Source of the DNA: an uncultured archaeon
GTDB lineage: Archaea > Asgardarchaeota > Lokiarchaeia > Sigyniarchaeales > SOKP01
DNA: 17,550 bases
Assembly: GCA_964447495.1 (NCBI GenBank)
Contig: CAYUTF010000072.1
Coordinates: 1-17,550, forward strand
Direction: 5' to 3'
This document shows positions 17,418-17,550 of the stretch, piece after piece; the stretch's first letter is position 1; each line of letters starts with the position of its first letter. The position numbers and the translations under genes are program-made. The notes under the pieces were generated by a model. That model did no database searches. It was not told the DNA's origin and saw only the letters and a program-made list of their open reading frames with translations.

Positions 17418-17550
17418 ATCTAATTTTTTCTAATATTATAAAAAGGAATCTAAGAATTTAAAGCCTGATTAGTGCCATAAAAGAATTCTCTTGATTTAAT
17501 CAAATAAATAGATTTATCGGAAAGTAGAGAATAGCTGATAGGATAGCTGC

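Noticed and set aside
13561-17429. Exact 14-mer AAATCTAATTTTTT at 13561-13574 and 17416-17429 as att sites or target-site duplication
   Set aside because: Nearly all A/T and located right after stop codons, so better explained as terminator-like T-tracts or chance; no integrase in the window.
1-17550. CRISPR array, tRNA, rRNA or IS element
   Set aside because: No regularly spaced repeats, cloverleaf-like GC-rich segments or transposase/integrase motifs were seen by eye.

Overview
AT-rich archaeal window. Gene content (gelsolin-domain protein, many Zn-ribbon fusions, TrmB-like coiled-coil protein, vWA-RING proteins) and T-tract intergenic regions suggest Asgard archaea, probably Lokiarchaeia; this is inference, not a taxonomic search. 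The left half holds fbaB, a Zn-ribbon/HEAT/acidic-tail protein, a gelsolin-domain protein, a small Zn-finger ORF, a Zn-ribbon/LURP-one (Tubby-C/scramblase-like) protein divergent from a PssA-type CDP-alcohol phosphatidyltransferase, and a TrmB-like wHTH/coiled-coil/PLD-fold protein. That last gene is divergent from two tandem paralogs with the layout vWA + Cys10His2 RING-like finger + VRIGGYFG motif + Zn ribbon, the best candidate for an undescribed system. The right half holds a DMT transporter, hypB, a stand-alone LbH protein, a SAM methyltransferase, an unannotated 40-codon hypB fragment that differs from hypB almost only at synonymous sites, a small membrane protein plus ABC-2 exporter, and tyrosine phenol-lyase. 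The same palindrome (AATAGAAT-N15/17-ATTCTATT) lies upstream of both transporter units. No rRNA, tRNA, CRISPR array or transposase was seen.
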